Notes: generated from the sequence alone by a model not told the origin. DNA of 60,274 bases, filler included, from 8 parts of 8 records of this genome joined end to end with filler, not necessarily neighbours in it, one strand, 5' to 3'; shown: positions 41,223-49,517, counted from the whole stretch's first letter. Translations and numbers: made by a program.

Positions 41223-42563
41223 TCAGCTTCGGTCGCCGCCAGTGGCGCCGGGAGCGGGTTGCCAGCGGTAATAAAGTACCTGGTACAAAGACTCAAAAGC
41301 CTGTTCGGCATCCTGCTCATCGCCCGGAGCCAGGGGCTGATAGCTGAACCCAGCCGTCGAAGCACTATCCTGCGCATCCGTTCCGGCCGGTGCTTCGGTT
41401 TCATTGCGGGAACCGGGCTCGCCTGTTTGCGCCGCACCATCCCCGTCCGAGCCAGCAGTCTGGCTGTTCTTGCTGGCCGTTATCGGCTCTGCAGGCTGCT
41501 CCGCCGGCACAAATCGTGCGTCCAGCGCGATATGCTCCTTCAACTGGTCAAGTTCTCCAGAGAATGCTACCTCCACGGTCAGCCGGTTGCCACGAACCCG
41601 TGACGCACCAACAGACACTACCGGAGTCATGTCCTGCAGGGCCCGGGTCACCTGACCGTAATCTGCCAGCGTCGTTACACCCTCAAGCACCATATCAACT
41701 TTCGGAGCCTCACCCGCCTCGCCGGCTGTAACCGCATATCGGCTGGCGTATTGCTCTGTCCAGCGATCGATTAAAGCTTGCGCCAACTGTTCCGGCGTAT
41801 CGGCATTGACCGACTGCTCACCCGCATCGAGCCCCATGCCTTCAACCACCCAGCCTGCGCGCCATTGGCCGCCGGAACGACTGATACGCACCAGAGCCAG
41901 GGCGTCGTGGGACAGATCGTCTGAAGCTTGTTCGATGCGGCCGACAAACTGGCCCCACAAATCCGACAGCAAGGCCCGGTCACCGGCATAGGTCTCCGGC
42001 GGGAAGGCGATGGGCAGACCGCGATCGGCCGCTGCTGATAAGAGATGCTGGGCCCAGAGCCCCTCGTTACTGCCCGGCGCTGAATCCGCTGCACGGGTCA
42101 GTAATTGCCGGTCTCCCCGGTCTTCCACGGCAATCCAGGCCAGCGTCAGGGGGCGGTTGGCGCCCCATACCGGCGCCTGCACAGACGCCAGCGCGCGGTT
42201 AACCCCCACGGCCCCGAAACTCATCTGCAAACGCGACTGCCCCGCGGTACGGTTCACCTGATAAGACAGCAACATGGACTCGGCGTCTGCCAGTACCTCG
42301 TCTATCCCTTCGAGTTCCAGCACCTCACGGGTCCCAGAAACCCTCACCATTACCTGACGCAGCCCTTCAGCGTATCCGGCCTTCAAGGCATCCGCCGAGG
42401 TGCCTGCAACCGGAACATCGGCCGTGTAAAGTCCCGACACGCTGACCGCCGATGCCGGGCCGGCCGAGAACACCCAACAGACTGCCGCCAACAGAAACGC
42501 AGCAACTCGCCCGTTCCTGGCTGTATTCACTGATTCGGTCATGAAACACCTTGCCATTCCCAT
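41223..42563 (-). CDS. DUF2066 domain exported protein
   Basis: Signal peptide; LY...V, V.VRVSG, PVWGANRP..L.W motifs; typical position upstream of hda. Confidence 0.82.
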   Translation of the reverse strand: MGMARCFMTESVNTARNGRVAAFLLAAVCWVFSAGPASAVSVSGLYTADVPVAGTSADALKAGYAEGLRQVMVRVSGTREVLELEGIDEVLADAESMLLSYQVNRTAGQSRLQMSFGAVGVNRALASVQAPVWGANRPLTLAWIAVEDRGDRQLLTRAADSAPGSNEGLWAQHLLSAAADRGLPIAFPPETYAGDRALLSDLWGQFVGRIEQASDDLSHDALALVRISRSGGQWRAGWVVEGMGLDAGEQSVNADTPEQLAQALIDRWTEQYASRYAVTAGEAGEAPKVDMVLEGVTTLADYGQVTRALQDMTPVVSVGASRVRGNRLTVEVAFSGELDQLKEHIALDARFVPAEQPAEPITASKNSQTAGSDGDGAAQTGEPGSRNETEAPAGTDAQDSASTAGFSYQPLAPGDEQDAEQAFESLYQVLYYRWQPAPGATGGDRS

Positions 42564-43251
42564 GGTTGGCGCACAGGATACACCATCACCAGAGCCGAGA
42601 GTAGCAAGCGCAGGTTGCAGTCAGGCAATCTGAAACCGGCAATATTGCCTGTGCTCCCAATTCCATTTGGAGCCCCCGTGCGCNNNNNNNNNNNNNNNNN
42701 NNNNNNNNNNNNNNNNNNNNNNNNNNNTTAATTAATTAANNNNNNNNNNNNNNNNNNNNNNNNNNNNNNNNNNNNNNNNNNNNAACAGCCCCCACCAACA
42801 AATTGCAATCAATCACGAACTCAAGGCAAGTCAAAAAGATTCAGCGGAGCAAATTTTAGCAAACCATTGCAATTTTGCGCCTCCTACGCAAGGCGCAACG
42901 TTCGTCTACAGAAAAGTGCGCCGTATGCTGTAGCGACAGAACTCTGACCAACTGTTGTTTGCTCAATTAACCGCGTTACCCACTAGACTTAAGTCCCTGA
43001 GACTTGAGGCTGTCTCAGCGCATATTCACTGATGCATAAACAATTAACAAAAAGAAACAGCAAGCCACAATCCAATCGGCCCCAGGTAAATGTGCCGCAA
43101 ACACTGAGAAGGGGCGAAGCGCTCAAGCCTCAGGTCAGGTAACCCGCAGATTAATCAGTCCACAAGAGCCGCTCAAACCACAAGCCATTCAGCCCACAGA
43201 GATGCAGTGTTTAGACCCTGAAAAGTGAAATGTTAAGTCTGTCAGGAATGC

Positions 43252-44721
43252 TTAACGCGAGAGTTTGGCCCACTCAAATACTTCAATATAACCTTTTGCC
43301 GAACGCAGCGCCGAGTTGTCCGCCGTCATGCCGTTGGCAATCGCAGTATGCAGTGCCGGCTTGTTGTAATACAGGTTTAATGCACGCCCAATAACGTCTA
43401 CCAAAGCCTGTACGTTAAGTTCGTCAAACAGGAAGCCATTGCCCTGGCCGGTGGTTGCGTCAAATTCCTGGACGGTGTCCGCCAGTCCGCCCGTTCGACG
43501 AACTATTGGAATGGTGCCATATTTGAGGCTGTACATTTGGTTAAGTCCACAAGGCTCAAAACGCGAAGGCATCAGGAAAAAATCTGAAGCGGCCTCAATG
43601 CGATGTGAAAGCTGCTCGTTGTATCCGATTTCAATCATTGTGCGCGGATGTCTGCGCAGGTTAAGATCGCGGAAATAGTCTTCGTATTCGCTGCCGCCAC
43701 TGCCGAGCATTGCCAGACGGATGGGGTAGAGGTGCAGCAGGTATTCGATGGCGTCACGAACAACGTCTATGCCCTTTTGGTCAGTCAAACGCGTGACCAT
43801 GCCAATTAAGGGCATGTCGGCATATAACTCGTCCTCGGGGACCTTGGAGCGGCGCAGAAACTCAAACTTGTTCTCGCGCTTTTTGTCGATGTTGTTAACA
43901 TCGTAGTTAACATAAATCGATTTATCCGTTGCCGGATCCCAGACGTCGTAGTCCACTCCGTTTAAGATTCCAACCAGGTCACCCGCGCGTTCGAGTAAGA
44001 CACTTTGCAGACCGTGGCCCAACTTTGAGTAACGAATCTCGAGTGCATAGGTCGGGCTGACCGTCGTTACCTTGTCGGCGAACATGATGCCGGCTTTGAG
44101 GGCGTTAACAGATCCGTGGAACTCAAACCAGCTCATGGAATAAAACTGTTCCATGCCGATTTGCGCCAGGTAGAGCGTTTCCTGCGGACTAAACATGCCG
44201 TGGAAGGCCATGTTGTGAATACTTTGAACACCCACGGTATCGCGAAACAGTTCGTGGTCGCGATAGTGAATTTTTAGGAAAGGCATCGTAAAGGCGGTGT
44301 GGTAGTCGTTAGCCAGAATCGCGTCTGCCTTAAAGTTGAGCGCCTTGGCAAGTTCAAAAACTGCGCGGCTCAAAAAGATGAAACGACGGTTGTTGTCAGC
44401 AAATCCATCGGGATTGCCATAAATGCCTTTGCGATCAAAATAGTCGGCCGACTCAATAAAGTAGACAGGCACCGAAGAGTCGGGGAGCGTGGCCGTCCAA
44501 ACCTGACCATATTCGGTCCACGAGCCCATCGGCACGCTGATCGTCAGGTTAAGCGCTTTGAGGCCGTATTTGGCAACATCGATATCGCCGTATTTGGGCA
44601 TGACGACCATGGTGCGATGCCCGAGGGATTCCCACTCTTTGGGAAGGTAACCGGAGACGTCTGCGAGTCCACCAGCTTTGGCAAAGGGGAAAACTTCGGC
44701 AGAGGCCAGGACGATATTCAT
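43252..44721 (-). CDS. glgA: Glycogen synthase (ADP-glucose, GT5)
   Basis: EVFPFAKAGGLADV (KxGG), ANDYHT, SIHN, TTVSPTYA, GILNGVD, RLTDQKG, MPSRFEPCGLNQ. Confidence 0.95.
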   Translation of the reverse strand: MNIVLASAEVFPFAKAGGLADVSGYLPKEWESLGHRTMVVMPKYGDIDVAKYGLKALNLTISVPMGSWTEYGQVWTATLPDSSVPVYFIESADYFDRKGIYGNPDGFADNNRRFIFLSRAVFELAKALNFKADAILANDYHTAFTMPFLKIHYRDHELFRDTVGVQSIHNMAFHGMFSPQETLYLAQIGMEQFYSMSWFEFHGSVNALKAGIMFADKVTTVSPTYALEIRYSKLGHGLQSVLLERAGDLVGILNGVDYDVWDPATDKSIYVNYDVNNIDKKRENKFEFLRRSKVPEDELYADMPLIGMVTRLTDQKGIDVVRDAIEYLLHLYPIRLAMLGSGGSEYEDYFRDLNLRRHPRTMIEIGYNEQLSHRIEAASDFFLMPSRFEPCGLNQMYSLKYGTIPIVRRTGGLADTVQEFDATTGQGNGFLFDELNVQALVDVIGRALNLYYNKPALHTAIANGMTADNSALRSAKGYIEVFEWAKLSR

Positions 44722-44837
44722 GCGCGTACGTAATAAATATGTAACTGCTTGGACAGCGTAAAATACGCAAAATTCAGCGGATTTGGGCTTTGTGCGTCAC
44801 TAAAGGGCGCATGTGACGTACTGCAGCCGGGCGGGTA

Positions 44838-45707
44838 TCAGTCGGGAACGAATGGTGCAGCCACGTGCACAAAATCTTCCTCAAATTTTGCGGCGGCACG
44901 CTGCGCATCGGCCTGTGAGCCAAAAAATCCAAAGAGTGCCGAGCCGCTGCCGCTCATTCCGGCAAAAAGCGCCTCAGACTCGTAGAGCGAATCGCGGATG
45001 GCCTGAACGCGCGGATGCTCCTTGAAGACAACGGACTCAAAGTCATTGTGCAGGCCGGTACGGAGCGCCTGGGGCTGTGTGGCTGCGTCTTTGAGTACGG
45101 CGCGGAAATCTGTGGCTGTGCGTGTTTGCGCTCCGGCGGAAATATTGAGCGCCCGATATGCCCAGGGCGTGGAAACGTGGATTCCGGGATGTACAATTAC
45201 TGTCCACCATGGAATCTCAAAATCAAATCGCTCAAGTTCTTCGCCGCGGCCTGTGCCGACAGCAGCGCGGCTATCGAGAAAAAATGGTACGTCGCTGCCC
45301 AAACCTTCGGCGACTTTGCGCAGGGTGCAGGCGGGCGCTTCTACGTCCCAGAGGTCCGGCAGCATGCGCAGAATTGCCGCTGCGTCACTACTTCCGCCGC
45401 CGAGGCCGGCGCCGCTGGGAATATTTTTTTGGAGTGAGATGGCGGCACCGTGATTAACACCCAAAGCCATTTGCAGGCGTTCGGCGGCCTGGTAGGCCAG
45501 GTTTTCGCGGGCGGGAATTCCCAGGTCGGGAGTGCAGCACAAACTAATTGTGCCGCCGTCATTCGCTGCGCGGCTGAGCAGGAGCGAGTCAGCCAGGCGT
45601 ACACGCACGAAAACGGTGTTGATTTCGTGATACCCGTCGTCGCGCTTGCGAAGGACTTCCAGTCCCAGATTCAGTTTTGCAAAGGCGGCCGTAGCGATGT
45701 GCTGCAT
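44838..45707 (-). CDS. ispE: 4-diphosphocytidyl-2-C-methyl-D-erythritol kinase
   Basis: AKLNLGL, GYHEI, KNIPSGAGLGGGSSDAA, GSDVPFF, GRGE, STPWAY, NDFE, MSGSGS; start ATG 45707. Confidence 0.95.
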   Translation of the reverse strand: MQHIATAAFAKLNLGLEVLRKRDDGYHEINTVFVRVRLADSLLLSRAANDGGTISLCCTPDLGIPARENLAYQAAERLQMALGVNHGAAISLQKNIPSGAGLGGGSSDAAAILRMLPDLWDVEAPACTLRKVAEGLGSDVPFFLDSRAAVGTGRGEELERFDFEIPWWTVIVHPGIHVSTPWAYRALNISAGAQTRTATDFRAVLKDAATQPQALRTGLHNDFESVVFKEHPRVQAIRDSLYESEALFAGMSGSGSALFGFFGSQADAQRAAAKFEEDFVHVAAPFVPD

Positions 45708-45765
45708 AGCCCTCGATTTTCGCTCTGGATTTTTAAAGTCATTGATGTTGCGTAATTTTACAAAT

Positions 45766-46437
45766 ATGCAAAATTCTCCTAACATCACTTATGTTCAGGA
45801 AATCCAGCGTAAGGGGATTCACCTGGCAATGGTTTTGATGCCGATCATCTACCTGCAGGTGGACCAGACAACTGCGCTGTTGATCCTGGGCGGCATGCTG
45901 TTTATTTCACTCGTTATTAACGTCGGGATGTACTACAACCAGGCCATCGCCGCGTTCATGCGCCGTAGCTTTGCGTCGATATTACGACCGCATGAGCGCG
46001 ACAAAAAGCGATTTGTGCTAAATGGCGCCAGTTGGGTATTGATTTCGGCCTTCGTTTGTGTCCTGATTTTTCCGCGCGTCATCACCGTCGTGGCGTTTAC
46101 GAACCTCGTGTTGGCGGATATCGCCGCTGCGCTTATCGGGCGCCGCTATGGACGCACACCATTTTTAGGCAAAAGCCTGGAAGGCACAACAGCTTTTTGG
46201 GTCACGGCATTTGGCGTGGTCGGTTTTGTTGGCTGGCTGATTAGTGCGCCCTGGCAATTTTATCTGATAGGCGCGATAGCTTCATTTATAGGTGGCATTG
46301 TGGAGGTGCTCTCTCCGCGCCTGCGCATGGATGACAATCTCAGCATTCCCATGAGCATCGGATTCAGTTTCTGGGGCATGGTACTTTTGCTGGAACCGGC
46401 GGTCCGCGATCAGATTTTGAACGCTTTTATGGACTGA
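45766..46437 (+). CDS. CTP-dependent polyprenol/diacylglycerol kinase family membrane protein (SEC59/DGK1/VTE5-like)
   Basis: EIQRKGIH, LRPHE, AD.AAALIGRRYG, KSLEGT, DDNLSIP motifs; start ATG 45766. Confidence 0.85.
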   Translation: MQNSPNITYVQEIQRKGIHLAMVLMPIIYLQVDQTTALLILGGMLFISLVINVGMYYNQAIAAFMRRSFASILRPHERDKKRFVLNGASWVLISAFVCVLIFPRVITVVAFTNLVLADIAAALIGRRYGRTPFLGKSLEGTTAFWVTAFGVVGFVGWLISAPWQFYLIGAIASFIGGIVEVLSPRLRMDDNLSIPMSIGFSFWGMVLLLEPAVRDQILNAFMD

Positions 46438-46606
46438 CATTCGCTTCTACATCAAAAACTCATGCTGTTCGCCTTTTGCTAATTGCTTGATCTGCGTTTG
46501 ACTTCAAGTCTGTGTTAAGGCCGCCTCAGCTGCTGTCCGCTGCTTTTGGGCTGTCCGGAATGTGTAATGCAAGCATAGGTCGGGGAAAACTTTTTGAAAA
46601 AACTGA

Positions 46607-46632
46607 GTAACTAATTCCGAAAACGGGTGTCT
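46607..46632 (+). promoter_or_regulatory. Putative ECF-sigma promoter (GTAAC-N17-GTCT)
   Basis: GTAAC 46607-46611 and GTCT 46629-46632 with a 17-nt spacer, A/T tracts upstream, structured element and terminator downstream. Confidence 0.45.
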
Positions 46633-46639
46633 TACTTTT

Positions 46640-46752
46640 ACCACCGGAGATCAGTGGATATAATTGGTGGAACGGCCTTTAAGGCCCAGCCACCGTGAAT
46701 ATAGATCCTCGATTAACGAAGGAATGCCGTAAGGTGTTCCTTCGTTTGTTTT
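46640..46752 (+). ncRNA. Candidate ~110-nt small RNA (or 14-aa peptide mRNA) with intrinsic terminator
   Basis: Nested stems GGAT/ATCC, GGTGG/CCACC, GGCCT/AGGCC; terminator AACGAAGGAATGCC-GTAA-GGTGTTCCTTCGTT-TGTTTT (46715-46752). Confidence 0.5.
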
Positions 46753-47054
46753 AAACAGAATTATCGTTGAATGGTTGGGGAGCGGGCGGCACTCACTTCA
46801 CAAGAGTTGTTGGTTTTTGTAGTGGAGTACTCGCGACGCTGTGGGTTTGTATCACACATTGCCGAATTGACACCTGGGGCTCTACGGCGCATCACCACAG
46901 GCTTCTGACTTAACACTGGCGGGCATGAATTTTAAGCAAAGCCATTTTGTTTGTCACTGATGTTAAAACCTGACGTCACCGAGTTGCCTCCAGAAATTGA
47001 GTCACAAGTCCCAATCCAGTCCGCTGCCGCATCCGCCAATTTTTGAGCCTAAAA

Positions 47055-47118
47055 TGTCAATAGTGTGTAAAGCCTGACAGTCAAAACTGTCAAGTGTTAA
47101 GAGAACTTGACAGTTTTG
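47055..47118. promoter_or_regulatory. Paired palindromic sites (TGTCA-N15-TGACA twice), putative enhancer-binding-protein UAS
   Basis: TGTCA 47055/TGACA 47075 and TGTCA 47088/TGACA 47108, 33 bp apart; the second is a perfect 14-bp inverted repeat (47082-47095 / 47105-47118). Confidence 0.6.
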
Positions 47119-47153
47119 CAGCGTAAAGATCGCTAAAACACTCACCTAAAAAG

Positions 47154-47169
47154 TGGCACGCGTTTTGAT
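47154..47169 (+). promoter_or_regulatory. Sigma-54 (-24/-12) promoter
   Basis: TGGCACG-CGTT-TTGAT versus consensus TGGCACG-N4-TTGCW (C-to-A at -12); predicts a start near 47180. Confidence 0.65.
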
Positions 47170-47179
47170 ATACTTATAG

Positions 47180-47769
47180 TGTGTTTGTCTGAAGCCGGAA
47201 AAATTAGGCGGGTGTTGTTAGACATTCGTCAGACCGACAAACATCTGCGAAACTGCTGCATGAACGGTGGCACCGTCGCGAAGCGTCGCCAGTGATGCGC
47301 TGCAGTTTTAAGAGCTCAGGCCGGCATTCAAAAAATTGAAATATCGTGTGATATAAAAATATCGGTTCCGGACGTGCGCGTCTGGCGAAACGTTGGAAAA
47401 CAGCAAATCCGTGGACGGGCTTGCGTATCGCCAGACAACTACAAATAACGAGACGGGGGTAGCTCGTCCGGAACCGGACTAAAACAGCACACAAACGATG
47501 CACGTTGCCAAAGGCGCATGTGCCGTGTAAACACTATTCGAATAGAGCGCATACTTTAGTCGAATGTCAATAACGCGGTGCCGCCAGGAATCTTGTCAGG
47601 AGCACGTGAAAATGGTTGAGGGGACACTTCCATTTTCATATATAACTGTCAAGCAACTTACGCCGCGTTTGTGTGCTGTTTCTTTTTAAATCTGGGGGCA
47701 GGTTTAGATAAAGATTAGGGTAAAAACCAGAGAAGCTGTTAGCCTAAGGCTAACAGCTTCTCTGGTTTT
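47180..47769 (+). ncRNA. Candidate large structured non-coding RNA, family unknown
   Basis: No + strand ORF of 60 aa or more; helices 47181-192/47229-244, 47250-261/47295-308, 47363-374/47465-476, 47380-388/47428-436, 47482-497/47666-681, 47607-615/47630-638; crossing helix 47211-228/47561-576; promoter in front, terminator behind. Confidence 0.65.
47723..47769. terminator. Bidirectional terminator, perfect 22-bp hairpin
   Basis: AAAACCAGAGAAGCTGTTAGCC-TAA-GGCTAACAGCTTCTCTGGTTTT; T-tracts on both strands; lies between the candidate RNA (+) and the aldehyde dehydrogenase (-). Confidence 0.85.
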
Positions 47770-47820
47770 CCGGATCAGCGCGCGCGCCTGTGCGGCGCGT
47801 GCGCTTTATAAGTCCGCATC

Positions 47821-49308
47821 CTAGTCGTCGTAGTTGTCAATCTGAGCACGCTGCAGCGCACCCGAGAAATCAACATACACGGCTTTCCACTCAGTGAAGA
47901 TCTCGAACGCTGTCCAGCCGCCTTCACGGTGACCGTTACCAGTGCCTTTGATACCACCAAATGGCATGTGTGCTTCAGCGCCAATGGTTGGACCATTGAT
48001 GTAGCTAATACCGGCTTCCAGATCGCGCATCGCCACAAAAGCTTTGTTGACGTCTTTGGTATAGATCGATGAAGACAGACCGTAGGCTGAATCGTTGAGC
48101 GTCTCAACGGCTTCGTCAAAAGAGGAAACTTTGGTGACCGAGAGAACCGGCCCAAAGATTTCTTCCTGGAAGATGCGCATCGAACGCGTCACATTGCTGA
48201 AGATCGTCGGCATGTAAAACAGGCCGTTAGCCAGGGCCGGATCGCTGCTGCGCTCGCCGCCCAGGACACATTCTGCGCCTTCTTCACGACCGATTGCCAC
48301 GTATTTCTCAACTTTTTCCAGCTGACGTTCATTGATCGTTGGTCCCATCTGCGTGGAGCTCTCCAGGCCTGGGCCGATTACGATCGTTTTGGCGCGTTCA
48401 ATCAGTTTATTCAGGAACTCATCGTGAATTGATTCATGCAGAATCAAGCGCGATGTAGCTGTACAGCGCTGACCAGTTGTACCAAAAGCGCCCCACAGAA
48501 TTCCGTCGAGTGCCAGGTCCAGATCGGCGTCGTCCATTACGATCGAAGCGTTTTTGCCACCCATTTCCAGCGAGCATTTTTTGTTCTGTGCACCGCATTT
48601 TCCGGCGATTGCTTTGCCAGTTTCAGTGGAACCTGTAAAACCAACCAGCTTGATGTCTGGGTGATCCACAATTGCACTTCCTGCATCAATCGCGCCATGG
48701 ACTACATTAAAGACTCCGGCAGGCAAGCCGGCTTCTTCCATAATTTCAGCGAAAATATTGCCGGAGTGTGGCGATTCTTCGGATGGCTTGAAGACAATTG
48801 TGTTGCCACAGACCAGGGCTGGAATAATTTTCCAGGAAGGAACGGCAATCGGGAAGTTCCAGGCCGTAATGATTCCGCAAATACCAATTGGCATGCGGAA
48901 GCTCAGGTTCATCTTGTTGGGCATTTCCGATGGAGCGTTCATGCCAAACAAACGGCGGCCTTCCGTCGCTGCATAGTAGCAGGTGTCAATTGCTTCCTGA
49001 ATGTCACCTGTCGTCTCAAAAACCGGCTTGCCCATTTCACGGGTCATGATTTTAGCCAGCTCAGCTTTGCGGCGATTGAAGATGTCACCGGCGCGGCGTA
49101 GAATGTCGCCACGAGCCGGAGCAGGCATCAGCTTCCAGGCGCGCTCGGCGGCCTTGGCGGCTTTGACGGCGGCATCGACGTCTGCGGCGTCTGACTGTGG
49201 AAATGTTCCAATCAGATCGGTGCGATCCGCAGGATTACGGTTTTCAAACTGCGCGCCGGAAGCGGCGTCGCTCCATGCTCCGTTGATGTAATTCTTGTAG
49301 TCGGCCAT
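47821..49308 (-). CDS. NAD(P)-dependent aldehyde dehydrogenase
   Basis: ITAWNFP, KPSE, FTGSTETG, LEMGGKN, GQRCTATSR, EEIFGPV, YGLS, PFGG.K. Confidence 0.95.
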   Translation of the reverse strand: MADYKNYINGAWSDAASGAQFENRNPADRTDLIGTFPQSDAADVDAAVKAAKAAERAWKLMPAPARGDILRRAGDIFNRRKAELAKIMTREMGKPVFETTGDIQEAIDTCYYAATEGRRLFGMNAPSEMPNKMNLSFRMPIGICGIITAWNFPIAVPSWKIIPALVCGNTIVFKPSEESPHSGNIFAEIMEEAGLPAGVFNVVHGAIDAGSAIVDHPDIKLVGFTGSTETGKAIAGKCGAQNKKCSLEMGGKNASIVMDDADLDLALDGILWGAFGTTGQRCTATSRLILHESIHDEFLNKLIERAKTIVIGPGLESSTQMGPTINERQLEKVEKYVAIGREEGAECVLGGERSSDPALANGLFYMPTIFSNVTRSMRIFQEEIFGPVLSVTKVSSFDEAVETLNDSAYGLSSSIYTKDVNKAFVAMRDLEAGISYINGPTIGAEAHMPFGGIKGTGNGHREGGWTAFEIFTEWKAVYVDFSGALQRAQIDNYDD

Positions 49309-49517
49309 AAAATCGGTCCTGTCCTGTACATGTCCTCAGAAAGCAATTCAATTCAAACGTAAAACGAGTATTTCGGATACTGCAAATTATCATGTAATTT
49401 GCTCGCCGCCGAACGTTCCGTCTCTGCGGAATTCGGCAAAATATTTTTTGGCTGCAGCACAAACGCTGCGCGACTTCCGTTCAGGCCTTCAGCTAAAGCC
49501 CACACAAATTGCCTATA

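Noticed and set aside
46771-46908. 45-codon + strand ORF (MVGERAALTS...) between the two RNA units
   Set aside because: Starts immediately after a terminator, has no RBS and no recognisable motif
47204-47503. 99-aa minus-strand ORF across the candidate large RNA
   Set aside because: No recognisable motif or RBS, atypical Arg/Cys-rich composition, and it sits downstream of the minus-strand terminator; the + strand promoter and helices explain the region better
47400-47565. Group I intron-like GACTA...TAGTC (P7-like) pairing, or a group II intron
   Set aside because: No interrupted host gene, no convincing P3/P4/P6 core in the right order, no domain V motif and no intron-encoded protein
47180-47720. 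Identity as RNase P RNA, tmRNA, SRP RNA, 6S RNA or a cobalamin riboswitch
   Set aside because: By eye, no GAGGAAAGTCC, no tRNA-like ends or tag frame, no SRP GGAA-loop motif and no B12 box on either strand; too long and branched for 6S. Needs Rfam confirmation
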